Positions 25,037 to 39,690 are shown, counted from the first letter of the stretch. The stretch: DNA of 64,000 bases from Octopus vulgaris (GCA_951406725.2 OX597814.1:32240001-32304000), one strand, 5' to 3'. Numbers and translations are program-made. The notes: generated by a model from the sequence alone, not told the origin.

Positions 25037-26774
25037 GCAACAGCAGTAGCAGGAGATCATGGCCGTTGTTCACGAATTTTCTTTGCAAAATGAATACGAA
25101 AGATTTGAAACAGTTTGCTATAAGACGCCAGGCAGCTACGTTCACAAGAAGAAATAAAGGAACAACAGGCACCTTGTCAAATTTTCAGTGAATTTCTTGG
25201 TTTCCATTCAAAAAAGGTTTACAAATATTCTTGGCAGACACATTAAGTGGAACCTTCTATTACAACCTCCTTAGTTTGGAGAAAAGTTCAGAACCCATGA
25301 TTCTTGTATGCTCTGTACGAATTACAAGAATGATGCCATTATTGCAGTTAATGATTAATGATTGCAGTTAATGATTCCGCTAGAGTGTCGCCAGCAGCTG
25401 TGAAAGGCTGAAATATGGCTATTGTTTCTAAAGAGAAGAGTTTGGAGATGCTGTGGTCCAGCATTTGTTGCGATTTTGCGAGAAGATTAGCTGTGTGCTG
25501 CTCACGTTTAGAGGCAGTGTGGTGCAGTAATGTTTTCTTACTGTAATAATGCTTGAGTTTTAAGGCGATGAGGTGGCAGAAAAGTTAGGACGCCGGGCGA
25601 AATGCTTAGTGGTATTTCGTCTGCCTTTACCTTCTGAGTTCAAATTCCGCCGAGGTCGACTTTGCCTTTCATCCATTCGGGGGTCGATAAATTAAGCACC
25701 AGTTGCGTACTAGGGTCGATCTAATCGACTGGCCTCCTCCCCAACAATTTACGGCCTTGTACCTAGAGAAGAAAAGAGTAATGCTTGAGATTTAGGATAT
25801 GTTTCGACTGTTAAAAGAGGTGAGTTTGGCATAGCCCTACCAACCAATAGAATTTAATGTAGGTTCGGCTTCTGGCCCCTATTTTGTGTGTGAATCACAT
25901 ATGGTAAGGGAAGATTGAGATAAATAACGAGTTACGTCAACTGCATACGAATAGCCGCTTTTTTGATGTGGTAAATTGGTGATTGATTTTTAGAAAGAAG
26001 AGATTTGATGAGAGAAATAACTCTGAGAAATACCAAATTTGATTTTAAATGGGCTAGAAAGAGCTCTGTCGTTATATGCTACAATGAAAAAATTTGATGG
26101 GAACTCACCAATCAAATTGATGTGATATCGTTGGAGACAGTAATCAAGATGTTTTGACTGCTTTCCAAACATGGTCGAATGCTTATTTCATGTCCAAAGT
26201 AACAGCATGGTTCTCGGCGATCTTCTTTAAAGTGTGTCGGCTTGTGAGTGAACATGAGCGGGTAGGTCTTCAGTAACTGTGACTCTGGGTTAACTGTTGT
26301 AGCATTGACTGAAGAGATTGAGTGACATAGATTCCAAGTGATGAAGAACATCTCTGTTAACAATTGTATCCATGGTATTTACCAGTAAAAGGAGGACATT
26401 TGGTGCTGTATGCACCATTCCAAAACAGAGAACGCGGAAAAAGAACATACCTAAATTGCCTGAGAGACACCTGCCCTCAGACTACTCACACAATATTCTG
26501 GAATAAAGAACAGAAAATTCACAATCTGGAACATTGGCTACGTGTTCAACTCCTGATTACTCAGTACATTTGTGACGCGATAAGGGAAGGTAATCTGTAA
26601 CGACATGTAGGATGGACACGGACATACAACTGCACACAACACCACAGAACAATACTAAAGTCTTTTTGAGAAGGCATTAAAGCTCAGCGTGAGAGGTAGA
26701 GATCAAGACTGCTGCACGTGTTCCAACAAAATTTATGTAAAGGCTGTGATCCCTGAAAGCCTAAAAGTATGAAA
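22332..26774 (+). repeat. Recent ~2.2-kb tandem duplication (22332-24556 / 24564-26774)
   Basis: Near-identical units at offset 2233 then 2218 across a (TAT)n length difference; paired identical ORFs in the track. Confidence 0.95.
23344..23560 (+). mobile_element. tRNA-derived SINE family B (duplicated at ~25562-25778)
   Basis: aaggcg..tggcagaa..ttag..gagttcaaattcc..ggggtcgataaattaag; TSD taatgcttgag at 23329 and 23561. Confidence 0.85.
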
Positions 26775-26952
26775 ACATCATCAGCCGAAAAATATGGTAG
26801 TTGCTTTCCTGTAGGCGTTAACAAGCACAATCCTCGAGTTGCCAAAATTTTTCTCGGATTTCATTGCGAGGACCTAATCTCCTAGCTACAACACGCAGAA
26901 ACAACAAGTCGACCATAGAAAAAGTAACATCTGCAAAAACTAAATAATCGTA

Positions 26953-27360
26953 GGCGTAGGAGTGGCTGTATGGTAAGTAACTTGCTTACCAACGACATGG
27001 TTCTGAGTTCAGTCCCATTGCGTGGCACCTTGGGCAAGTGTCTTCTACTATAGCCTAGGGCCGACCAAAGCCTTGTGAGTGGATTTGGTAGACGGAAACT
27101 GAAAGACGCCCGTGGTATATATGTATATGTATTATGTGTGTGTGTGTGCTTGTATGTTTGTGTGTCTGTGCTTGTCCACCCCAACATCGCTTGACAACCG
27201 ATGCTGGTGTGTTTACGTCCCCGTAACTTAGCGGTTCGGCAAAAGAGACCGATAGAGTAAGTACTAGGCTTACAAAGAATAAGTCCTGGGGTCGATATGC
27301 TCGACTAAAGGCGGTGCTCCAGCATGGCCACAGTGAAATGATTGAAACAAGTAAAAGAGT
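26953..27360 (+). mobile_element. SINE family A, full length
   Basis: A-box agtggctgtatggt, B-box gagttcagtcc, internal TA/TG microsatellite, tail gaaacaagtaaaagagt. Confidence 0.9.
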
Positions 27361-28577
27361 AATCAAGGAGATGAAATCACGGCAGTAGCCCCTGTACAAT
27401 AATGGAAAATAGAGACCTGATGGTGACCGAAGGGAACTGAGAGACGTTTTAGAAAAAAAGACGAAAGTATAAAAAGTCAGAAAAGTATTAAAATAAGCGT
27501 TGGGAGTACACCTCCCATGAAGAGGAAAACTTCTATACTGAATTAGGGGATATCGATGATGAAGATTTAAATTTCTGTGAGCGCTACTCTGTCTCCTTCA
27601 TAATGATATCAAATTCATAGTCCAACACTTACCCGATGAAGAGAATATCAAGAAGAATATATGATCACAGTCCAAACAGTATGAAATAGACGGACTATTT
27701 CTGACACACACTAAAGGCATTATATGATAGCAATCCGCATGATATTAATCCTTACTTTGACACTATAACATATAATCCAAATGACACAGTAGATTCTGGA
27801 ATCAAGAGTTATGAAAAATATGGGTAGAGATAGTGATGTTACTTCCTCAGGAAAGGGATGTGACCTGATCACCAAAGTTAGAGGTTTCCCACAATGTTTG
27901 ACTGGATGCCCTTTTTAAAGCTGCATTAAAGCTGCATTAAAGAGAAAGAGAAAGAAAAAATAAAGAAAGAAAAAAGAAAGAAACAGAAAGAAACAGAGAA
28001 AGAAAGAAAGAAAAGTTACAAAATGTCTTGATAAAGATGTTGGTTCTATTACTCGTACAAAATTTGGAATTTCGTTCATAAAACTAGGTGTAGTAATCAA
28101 ATTAAACTACTGGACAGTTGGAATACATAAACCGAAAATAGAAAAGATAAATTTGGAAACTGTCTTTTTTGTAAAGTTTCAATAAAGGAAGCGTCTACAT
28201 AACTATTTTCCTCTTCATGTAAAAGTGCAGTCACTATTGTTTCTTTGCCTGCAAACATGTATGAAATCAAGAACTGACCCTTTTCAATAATGTACTGTCA
28301 CAATTTTATATTAATTTTGTAATATATGTCGGAAACCTGGGACAAATGTTTTGCTCGATTAACAAATGAGTGCGTGTACAAGTAGTTTTCTTTTGATCCA
28401 TTGTGAAATAACGGTTGCCTCGTTTAATTCCACTTTGGAAGAATATACTAAAACACTGGAAAAAAAACAACTCGTATTAAATAGACAGATACTAGTGTTC
28501 CTATAATTACACTATGAGCGGCGAGCTGGCAGAAACGTTAGCACGCCGGGCGAAATGCGTAGCCGTATTCACTTGCT

Positions 28578-28663
<86 letters not shown>

Positions 28664-29138
28664 TACTTGCATACTCACATAAAATTCTACACAGAAATAC
28701 ACGCACACATCCCTCTCTCCACCCATCTTACATCCATCCAGCCATACATCCATAGGAACGCACAAACCTATATTTAAGCGACGATTCAGAAAAGCTTAGA
28801 TTTTCAATGAAATTTCGGAGCCAGTTAACAAACACTTGACAATGCAGTTTATAAACCGAAGAATAAAATTATAAACTGTTAATGGATATTCACCACGAAA
28901 CCCGTATCCTTGTTGTTATCAAATTTTCAGTGATTGAGCATTGTTTCTTGTTAGAAGCAAGCACATTTCTTGACAGAAGAGCGTAAACAATTAAAGCAAA
29001 GAAAGAAATATATACATTCATGTGAAAAAATGCACAAGCATGTACGAGCACGCACGTGCATGTATGACAGCGTGTAAGCACGTACGCACACACGATATCT
29101 TTCATTCAAACACATACACTTTAGTATGTCATAATATA

Positions 29139-29520
29139 GAAGTGCTCCGTCGGTTACGACGATGAGGGTTCCGGTTGATCCGAATCAACGGAACAGCCTG
29201 CTCGTGAAATTAACGTGTAAGTGGCTGAGCACTCCACAGACACGTGTACCTTTAACGTAGTTCTCGGGGATATTCAGCGTGACACAGAGAGTGACAAGGC
29301 CGGCCCCTTGAAATACAGGTACAACAGAAACAGGAAGTAAGAGTGAGAGAAAGTTGTGGTGAAAGAGTACAGCAGGGATCACCACCATCCCCTGCCGGAG
29401 CCTCGTGGAGTTTTTAGGTGTTTTCGCTCAATAAACACTCACAACGCCCGGTCTGGGAATCGAAACCGCGATCCTGTGACCGCGAGTCCGCTGCCCTAAC
29501 CACTGAGCCATTGCGCCTCC
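29139..29520 (-). mobile_element. SINE family C, full length
   Basis: tRNA-Arg-like head; TSD tatgtcataata. Confidence 0.9.
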
Positions 29521-29970
29521 ATATGTCATAATACAGCTTGTGCTTAAGCTTTATTACAGAGTTAGGGAGTTTGTCTTGCAATTACGGGATTTTTGGTTCG
29601 ATCCCATTCTGCTGAAACTAGATTCATTGTCTTCCCCCTTATCCTCAGGTCTATTCAGATTTGTGAATGAACATAAAATAACTGAAAGTGAACGAAAGCG
29701 CATTGAGTGTATTACATCTATTCTGGAATGGTTAACTTCATCAGTTTATCACAAATAACAATATTTCAGAAAAGGATACCAGTCTAATCATTAATCTGTC
29801 CTACCTTTCAGTCTCACAGAGACTGCAATAATGTTCTTGAATTAGCCTTTATCTGATGAAGCTTTATATAATAAGACATTGTTGAGGTGAAGATATACAT
29901 TTTTAGGATATTTTACAAATTATACCGCGTGTATTATGAAATGTTGACCACATTAAATTATATGGATATC

Positions 29971-30343
29971 GGAAGCACTCCGTCGGTTACGACGATGAGG
30001 GTTCCGGTTGATCCGAATCAACGGAACAGCCTGCTCGTGAAATTAACGTGTAAGTGGCTGAGACACGTGCACCCTTAACGTAGTTCTCGGGGATATTCAG
30101 CGTGACACAGAGAGTGACAAGGCCGGCCCCTTGAAATACAGGTACAACAGAAACAGGAAGTAAGAGTGAGAGAAAGTTGTGGTGAAAGAGTACAGCAGGG
30201 ATCACCACCATCCCCTGCCGGAGCGTCGTGGTGCTTTTAGGTGTTTTCGCTCAATAAACACTCACAACGCCCGGTCTGGGAATCGAAACCACGATCCTGT
30301 AACCGCGAGTCCGCTGCCCTAACCAATGGGCCATTGCGCCTCC
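29971..30343 (-). mobile_element. SINE family C, full length
   Basis: Near-identical to 29139-29520 but with its own TSD cacattaaattatat, so an independent insertion. Confidence 0.9.
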
Positions 30344-30856
30344 ACATTAAATTATATACTTGTAGATAGACTGTTTGCAAAGTGTAAAGCAATGCTTGTC
30401 ACAGGCTCTAACGCTTTTGGTCACAGGTCTTGTTGATAAATGTTGTTCTCAACACCGAATGTAACAACATTTGAAATATAATGATACATGCATGTACAGA
30501 TACACATACACACACATGCACACAAGCACGGATATAGATATATAAATATAATAAAATCTGAAATATTTGATTCTCGGCTCCCTGTTGTAATTTCCACGCT
30601 ACTAAAACTAGCACTTTAATTTGAACAGCCTAATTACACTAATGGTCATAACGCTGAACTTTTTATAGTCGAGCATCCTGTTAAAAATAGTCGTAATGCA
30701 GGTTACGTCTATCGTTATAAAGTGATATACACTGGGTCGTATAGTCCATGATGCACATTAAATATCTCTCTCTCTCTCTCTCTACACCTCCCCTCTCTCT
30801 GTCTTTCTGTCTCTCCCTCACTCTGTTTCTCTGTCTCTTATCTGTCTGTCTGTCTC

Positions 30857-30893
<37 letters not shown>

Positions 30894-31845
30894 ACGTACA
30901 CACACATACACGCAAAAGGACCGAGGTTCTATGAATACAGGTCTGTTCTGACAACAGAGAACTCGACGCTAATGTATGACAGAAAAAAAAAATTTATCTA
31001 AAGAGATTTCAGGGAAAGCAAGTGTTGTTCTGCATCGAATAAAATAGTTAACAAAATTCATAAAATAGCAAGTCTTTGTGACTTAAGGTAAAAGAGTGTG
31101 CTGTAGTTTCGAGCATGATTCTTTCAAGAAAGTTTCTTTATCGCCACAGAGTTATTTTGTGAACTTTATAAGCAAAACATTAGAAAATAAACCAAAAAGA
31201 AATAAGAGGAAGAGAAATGAATATATATTAGGAATATTTATTTAAAAAAAGTAGTTTTATTTAATATTTTTAACCAATGAAATGATATACAGGAGAAGCT
31301 AAGTAGTGTGAATATTTCACTAGCTGAAAAAAATATGACATCTTAGCAGAAAATTAGAAACTAGTCAATAGGAGAAAAAAAATAGAAAAATAAGAAATGA
31401 TACCAAAAATTTGACTTAAACGTAAATTTCGTATTTAGAATTCCAACAATATTTACAGTTTATGATTTAAAAACGAATCTGAAAACTAAAAGCAGCATAC
31501 AAATACTTGCCTACAACGGTCTGTGTATACGTATGTGGGTCATGGTGTGTGTGCGTGTCTATGTTTGTATTTATAAGTGGTGGGGGCTCAGTTTGGACCC
31601 TACTGCGTGGGAGCTTGATCAAATGATTGTTTATTTTATTTTATTTTTTTATAGCTTCAGCTTTGTGATTGAAATTGGATTGAAGGATATCGTATAGAAA
31701 ACAATCAGATAGATTGTACCCACAGTTCCAACGTTCAGCCTAGTGGTACCACGCGTCTGCGGTATGCTCAGCTCTTTTTCTGGTTAATTGAATGAGAAGG
31801 CAATTTAAGCCAATTGACTCACTGTCAAAATCAGCGGACAACCAT

Positions 31846-31877
<32 letters not shown>

Positions 31878-32539
31878 ACACAATTTTGATTCTGTTTGAC
31901 TGAACCTCCTCCTTTCTCAGACTCACTCGTCTTCTGGTCGATATACTTCTTAGGCTGGTACCACCTCTCAAGGTGTACCTTGACACTGAACCCTATCTGG
32001 CTTACCATTGAAATTCTATTTAGGATACCATTGTCACTGTATTTAGCTTGCCACTTCCTGTATCTTACTGCACACTGTTGTTATGTATGTTCTCTTTTGC
32101 TTTTAATCATTTAAGATCTTCCTCTGAGGAAGAAAAGTAGTTTCTAACAAAATACAAACTCCATCACTGGAATGTAAAAAACAATAACAATGTCACATTT
32201 TAAACTTGAGAAAAGACTTGCACATTTTCAGTGTTCCACTTACAAACTGTATTTGTAATGTGCGAGTTAGTTGATTTCTTTTTCTGAAAACTCTTGCTTA
32301 TCTGGATTGTCATTTACTCACAAAACCAAGAACGCATATTATTATTAATATAAATGTGAAGTCATAACCTTTAAAAGAAGGTTTCGAAGCAGTTGTACAT
32401 AGTTTTCCTCTATAACTTTGATTTTTCAGAGATATTCACGTCAGCAGTACAGCAGACTTCTCGACGGTACATGCATTCTCTTGTCTGTCCCAAACAGCAA
32501 TATCCGGCAAAGTATGTTGACAGATGTTTTACTGGGAAT

Positions 32540-32830
32540 GTTGCACCAGTATTCCTTGTGTTGATGTGTGCGTATGTATCAATAATAGGGTGGTTCTGTA
32601 TATTTATTCCAGGATAGTCTTTTTACTTAAATGACAACATCGTGTCCACATGGAAGAAGTACCTTCATGACATTTTCGGCAGCTGATAATCACATGTGTG
32701 ATGTCTTCCACATAATTTAGGATACGACATAATTTACATTTTCGGTTGCATCTTGAAGCTATGTCGTGTGTTTGCGTGCAAAACATGCATTCTGGTGGTT
32801 TCTCTGCGAAAATAACATATATTCACAGCA
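32540..32830 (-). pseudogene. RLE non-LTR retrotransposon zinc-knuckle fragment
   Basis: CKLCRILNYVEDITHVIISC followed by a frameshifted HDVV-like motif. Confidence 0.6.
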
Positions 32831-33627
32831 GTAGACTCAAGATTTTTGAAACAACTAATTCCTTACAACAATTATACTACGAGTATTCCAAATAATTCCA
32901 TTAGCGAAGGAAAGAAAATATTAATAAAATGATTACTGAAGTTAATGATTATATTTCTATTGAAGATGGTAACGACTAACCACAAGTCTAGCAATCACTT
33001 TCATCCTCCGTAGAATACAAACCTCTCTTTCAAATTATACTACCAATAATAACAATATGTCTCCAGTTACGCTCTCTAGTTTTAGAGAGCACAATACACT
33101 TTTGCTCCAGAGTGATCTCTATACCTAAAATATCCGGTAGGAAATAGGAAAAATAGAAGTGCACCACTGTTTTCTTTACAAGTTATATTTCTTCCTATGT
33201 TGTTCTTCAATATATTTAAAATTTTTGACCTCAACTAACACTTCATATTAAATAAACCCATTGTCAGAACTTCTTATTTCACCACACCTAATCTTAGATT
33301 ACTCATCGTTACAGCTAATAGACGCAAACTCGGACTTACGAAGCGGACCGTGGTAAATCCCCTCTTCATTAGTAATCGTATCCCTCCTCTTCCGTCTGTT
33401 TTCTCAATACGAGTATATATCACAAATATGTGACCTACAATAACAGCATTTGCAAATGATCTTTATAGAGAGAATATTCGCAGTTTACGGCATGAACATA
33501 TTCACGAATTACATTTCATGCGGATTGATAACAATTTTGAAAATATATTTTGTGTATTATTACTTCATTGTGTACATCTGTTTGCAAAATATGTATTTTA
33601 AACAGTTGTAAAGGTTTTTATTTATAT

Positions 33628-34048
33628 ACTCTTTACTCTTTTAGTCTTTTACTTGTTTGTTTCAGTCATTTGACTGCAGCCATGCTAGAGCACCGGCTTT
33701 AGTCGAGCAAATCGACCCCAGGACTTATTCTTTGTAAGCTTAGTACTTATTCTATCGGTCTCTTTTGCCGAACCGCTAAGTGACGGGGACGTAAACACAC
33801 CACCATCGGTTGTCAAGCAATGCTAGAGGGACAAACACAGACACACAAACATGTACACACATATATATACACATATACATATATACGACAGGCTTCTTTC
33901 AGTTTCCGTCTACCAAATCCACTCACAAGGCATTGGTCGGCCCGGGGCTATAGCAGAAGACACTTGCCCAAGACGCCAAGCAGTGGGACTGAACCCAGAA
34001 CCATGTGGTTGGTTAGCAAGCTACTTACCACACAGCCACTTCTGCGCC
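33628..34048 (-). mobile_element. SINE family A, full length
   Basis: Homologous to 26953-27360. Confidence 0.9.
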
Positions 34049-34811
34049 TGTTTCTTCTACTTAGGCTTTAAGTTGTAACATGCATAGAAATATTTTAAAA
34101 GGACAGTCTATACGGAGACAAATGGCAGATGGAATGGATTTTCTGCTTTTGATGCCGAATTGCAAGCCAACAATTTTGACATTTTCAATCCGCTCTCTTA
34201 TTTCCATCTCGTTTCCTGTTTTAATGGGCGACCATCACAATGGCGCTAACGTCATCATCCAATGTCGAAAAACTATTTCCATTTCCCACTTCGAGTAGAA
34301 TGTCCATTCATCTTATATAATTAAAACCTGCAGATCCACAACGTGGATAATACTTTGAGAGGGTATACCTGTATATACCGATGGTACTTTGCAAAACGGT
34401 TCCCATAGGACATCATTTACTCAGAGAACCAAGCTCGTGCCACGTTATAATGCAGATATACGACTTCTTAAGACACAAATCTAACCTTCTGGATTTAAGC
34501 ATCTTTTCATAGTCTATATTGATCTAATATGTTCGTAGTTCCATCATGACTAGATCTACATACAATCTCATCTGCGATCTACTGTAGTTAATACCATCTT
34601 ACAGGAATTGCACTCAAGTTTGCGAATCTCATGACACTGCCAAGAACAAAGGTTGATTTCTTAGTACATTAGCTAAAAGCTGAGCAAATTTATTGGCTAT
34701 CTCATCTTGTTCGCAGTAATTATATTCCTGTCTATATATTCAATTAATTAGATTTCATATATCCCATACTTGTGGTTTATGTTGCCAATAATACGAAATC
34801 TAGAGAATATT

Positions 34812-34997
34812 TAGTGGAACGACTACGTAATTGTTCTCATTTTAGCCCGATTTAAGCATTTAATTTTTGGTCTGTATAGGCAATCTGAAATACAGTGTCT
34901 GCATTTTCGGATTGCTTACACAAACCAAAAACATTGAGATCTAAGCGGTATGCTTAAACCGGGCTAATATGAGAACGTTTGTGTAGTCGCTCCCCTA
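34812..34997. mobile_element. Fully palindromic MITE with TA ends
   Basis: tagtggaacgactac..gttctcattttagcccgatttaagcat / atgcttaaaccgggctaatatgagaac..gtagtcgctccccta; inner arms also complementary. Confidence 0.75.
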
Positions 34998-35304
34998 GCT
35001 AAAAATGACTGTCGAATCTCCTTAAAATTATGTCCAACAGCCGTTGCCGTAACAATGAAGACATACATTAAAAAAGTGTAGTCTTACATATATATATATA
35101 TGAAAAAAAGTCAAGTCGTTTAATGCTTGAATGCTTTTCGCTGATGGTCTATTTGGCAATGGACTGGGCTTAAAAGATTTAATTTGTTCAACATAATTCA
35201 ATCGACCTCTTAAAATTTAAAATTTCCTCTTCTCCGTTTCATCTTTTACGATGTTTGAGATAGTGTATGGTGGTGGTGGTGTTGGTGCTAGTAGTAGTAG
35301 TAGC

Positions 35305-35355
<51 letters not shown>

Positions 35356-35590
35356 TATTGCTGTTGCAGTTCAAAGTCAACAACGGTAACAATAACAAGC
35401 GAAGGGAACGTTTGCTGCCGTTGCTCCCACTGTTGTTACTGTTGTTGCTTGGCTCCGGATCCCTTCAGCAAAGGCGCCTTACCTGTGACAATCCCGTGTC
35501 TCTTTTAAGACGGTAGGGATCATCTGGGGGAAAATATGACAACTGCTTCAAGCAAACTGAACGGCCACATAAAGCCTCCTCACACACTTT

Positions 35591-35639
<49 letters not shown>

Positions 35640-36248
35640 CACTACTACCACTACTACCACCGTCACTAGGTAAAAACACAACAGAAACTTATGAAATACT
35701 CTTGACTGCATATGGATTAATTTTTGCAATGACTCAAGCGACTCAAGGACGGTAGAGACGAGGTGAGAGACAATGAGAACTGTGGGAAGTAGCGGGACAT
35801 CTGAACATCGGAGCTGGTTGAGAAAATACGCAATTTTTGGATAAAGGCAAATGTGTGCCTATAAAGACAATAATCGTAGTTTAAAGCCGATGTGGCTAGA
35901 TCTGAACATACTCAAAATGTATGCAGAGTTTATTCCTAGGGTGCTTAGCGACGAATGTCCAAGTAAGCAACTACTTAACGGAGATAGGCATCAAAGCCCT
36001 GCTACAGTCCAGACCTTGCTCTTTGTGACTTTTGGTTGTTCCGCAAGTCAAGGAAGAACATCTGGGACAGCCATTTTGAAGATGAAAGACACTGTGACAA
36101 GGTCCCGGACACCTTCATTTTAGAGCATGCGGCCTTCATGAAGTATCTGGAACACAACATATGCTGTGATGTCAGAGGAGCCTACTTTGAAGGAGAATAG
36201 GCTTTTGTAGTTCTTTGAAATTATAAAATGTCTCCCCTGAAAAAGTCT

Positions 36249-36742
36249 TACTCTTTTACTTGTTTCAGTCATGTGACTGTGGCCGTGCTGGCGCACCCCC
36301 TTCAGTCGAGCAAATCGGCCCCAGGACTTATTCTTTGTAAGCCTAGTACTTATTCTGTCGGGGATCTTTTTGCCGAACCGCTAAGTTACGGGGACGTAAA
36401 CACACCACCATCGGTTGTCAAACAATGTTGGGGGACAAACATAGACACAAAAACATATACGTACACATACATACATACATACATACATACATACATACAT
36501 ACATACATACATACATACATACATACATACGTATACATATATATATGTATGTGTGTGTATACACATATATACATATATACGACTGGCTTCTTTCAGTTTC
36601 TGTTAACCAAATCCACTCACAAGGCTTTGGTCGGCCCGAGGCTATAGTAGAAGACACTCGCCCAAGGTGCCACGCAGTGGGACTGAACCTGGAACCATGT
36701 GGTTCATAAGCAAGCTACTTACCACACAGCCACTCCTACGCC
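36249..36742 (-). mobile_element. SINE family A with expanded (ACAT)n
   Basis: Homologous to other family A copies. Confidence 0.9.
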
Positions 36743-38284
36743 TATACTGCATACTTCTGAAATACAACTTGCATAATTAAACAGAAGGATTTCATGTTTC
36801 TTCCTTACCTGTACTCACAAGAAGGACTGCAACCAAATACCTCCCAGTAATGACCCAACGTTGTAAACAGAAATTCAGTAATATTGAAGGGATTTTTTTT
36901 CTTTTGTATAGTGACTATTCACCTAAATGGAAAGTAATGTACAAAGACTCTTCTCTCAGACTGACGGATCTCTTAATTTTTTTCTGTTCTTCTTAGCTGC
37001 CACAAGAAGATACCATCTACTTGTGCTGTCTATCCTTTGCCTTCGGCTTAAATGCCGTATTTACAGGCGTGTTTCTCTGCATGTACCAAGACAGCGTTTC
37101 CAACCTTTTTGTTTAACTGTATGTGATTATCCTTCTCAGGGAACCCTATATTTCGTCCGCTGCACGGACAATCGATCCAGTTCTTTCAATTAAAAACCTG
37201 ACAAAACTTCCCTGTCTTTACTTGGAAGGGAACCATTTATTTCGTTAGTATTTGTTGAATTTTTGTTGTTGGTTTTATTGTCGTTTTCTTTTATATTATT
37301 TAATTGTTGATTATTGTTTATTTTCCAGGTATTTACTGATTGAGTAAGCTAACGAGATAGCATATTTTATCTGTAGCCATCCCTTTCGTATATGTGGGGT
37401 TTTTTTCTATTTTTAAGACTGTAAGACGTAAGTTGAGGTAGGTTTTCTTCTTCCCTCGAAGGGATCAAACGACGGAATAAATGACCCCTATTTCGTTCGT
37501 CGTTGTCGGTATAGTAATTGGCTTTGCTGTTCATCAAATTCATCCCAAATGAAGCAGAATTATGTTAAAAAGCGTTCCAACCCTGACCAATTTGCATTCT
37601 TCTTCGGCGCAGGTACGTAAGTACCACATTGCATAATTTAGTATATCTTTTCTAAACCAGTAAATCCTTATTCAAGAGCAATATGGCTGCTAATTTTAGG
37701 ACATCAATTGATCACGTGGTTTCGAATACATTTTTGTTGTTGATGAGTGGTGATCGTGGGAGGGGGACAACTGGTGGTTCTCCTGTTCCTACACATACTG
37801 CTACGTTCACCCATGCTGTGCTTGTTCTTGTTATTGTTGCTGCTGTTGTTATTTAGATCAGCTTAGTCTTTATCAAACAAATCTGTAATCACAAGACTAC
37901 AGAACTATAAATCTCTACACTACATCCAAGATAATTTTTCCCTTACCTCATTTTCTTTTTTTCTTTAATTTTTGCACTTTCACATGATTTGCGGAGCTTT
38001 TAACTACTCTTTCTAGGATTTCGAGAATCGGTTGTCTTCAGGTTCGTGTTGTTGTTAATATTGACTTCGCCAACTTTGTTATTCTCGCCATCATTGTTAT
38101 TGTTCTGAAAGATATTCCACCTATGATTACCCATTCAACTATTCAGATAGTGCAGATAGGACAGGCAGCCTTTGTTTTTAAGACAAATTAAGGTGTAATT
38201 TGAGGGATACTCGACTATTATTTCTTACCCGTCAAAGGATAGTTTCAGGAGTCTTCTTTAATTCATTATTTCTTATTGTAGTTG

Positions 38285-39690
38285 AAGGTGGCAAGCTGGC
38301 AGAAACGTTAGCAGGCCGGGCGAAATGCTTAGCCGTATTTCGTCTGCTGTTACGTTCTGAGTTCAAATTCTACCGAGGTCGACTTATCCTTTCGTGGTCG
38401 ATAAATTAAGTACCAGTTACGCACTAGGGTCGATGTAATCGACTTAATCCGTTTGTCCGTCCTTGTTTGTCTCTTCTGCGTGTAGCCCCTTGTGGGTATT
38501 AAAGAAATAGGTATTTCGTTTGTCTTTACGATCTGAGTTCAAATTCCGCCGAGGTCGACTTTGCCTTTCATCCTTTCGGGGTCGATTAAATAAGTAACAG
38601 TTACGCACTGGGGTCGATTTAATCGACTTAATCCATTTGTTTGTCCTTGTTTATCCTCTCTGTGTTTAGTCCCTTGTGGGCAATAAAGAAATAAGAAATT
38701 TTAGCACGCCGGGAAAATGCATAGCGGTATTTCGTTTGTCTTTACGTTCTGGGTTCAAATTCCGCCGCTGTCGACTTCGCCTTTCAGAGTCGAGGAATTA
38801 AGTAGCAGTTGCGTATTGGGTTTGATTTAATCGACTGTCCCCCTCCACTAAAATTACGGGCCGTGTGCCAAGAGTAGAAAAGATTATTTTTATTTTAATT
38901 GCCAGAAGACACTGAGTGTCAGATAAAATGTTTTGTAGTTATCAGTCCTACTCCTTTACGTTTCGTGTTCAAAACCTGCCGCAGTCGATTTCAAATTTCA
39001 TGTTTACCTGGATTTGTTCTAGGTACGATACCAGACAAATACTAGGTTCGTTAAAACTGACTTTGGTCTGGCACCCAAAATCTGATATTGTGCCCGGACT
39101 TCAAACCACTATTCATAAAATGTTCTTGCTATTTATGTATTTTTCTTTTTGCTCTTGTTATTGCTTTCTAAAAGTATTGTTGTTCACTTCCCCATATCCC
39201 ACATAGCTGGGGATTTATTCTGGTATACTTCAGATTTATTCCGATAAACCTAAAAAAAACCAGTACAAAATTCCAACAAACGTCAGCCAGTTAATAGTTT
39301 CAAATTTTGGCAGAAAGCCAGCAATTTCCGGAGACAGGGTAAGTCGATTACATTGGCCCCAGTGCTCAACTGGTACTTATTTTCTCGAACCCGAAAGGAT
39401 GAAAGGCAAAGTCGACCCCGGTGACATTTGAACTCAGAATGTAAAGACGGACGAAATGCCGTTATACATTATATCAAGGCGGTGAACTGGCAGAATCGTT
39501 AGCATGCCGGGCGAAATGCTTAACAGTATTTCGTCTGTCTTTCTGTTCTGAGTTCAAATTCCGCCGAGATCGACTTTACCGTTCATCCTTTCGCGGTTGA
39601 TAAATTAAGTACCAGTTGTGTACTGGAGTTGATCTAATCGACTGGCCCCCTCCACCTAAATTTCTGGCCTTGTGCCTATAGTAGAAAGGT
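38285..39690. mobile_element. Cluster of SINE family B copies (tandem + copies 38285-38885, - copy ~39300-39460, + copy 39477-39690)
   Basis: Repeated gttctgagttcaaattccgccgaggtcgactttgcc core. Confidence 0.85.

Noticed and set aside
26953-27030. tRNA-like A/B boxes here and in many other copies
   Set aside because: SINE heads without a complete cloverleaf; not called as tRNA genes
29850-29900. CTGATGAAG...GAAG hammerhead-like string
   Set aside because: GAAA is absent, stem II is mostly wobble pairs and stems I/III are unconvincing; at best a decayed relic
38285-38885. Repeated units resembling a CRISPR-like array
   Set aside because: Tandem SINE B copies in eukaryotic DNA; no repeat-spacer architecture or cas genes
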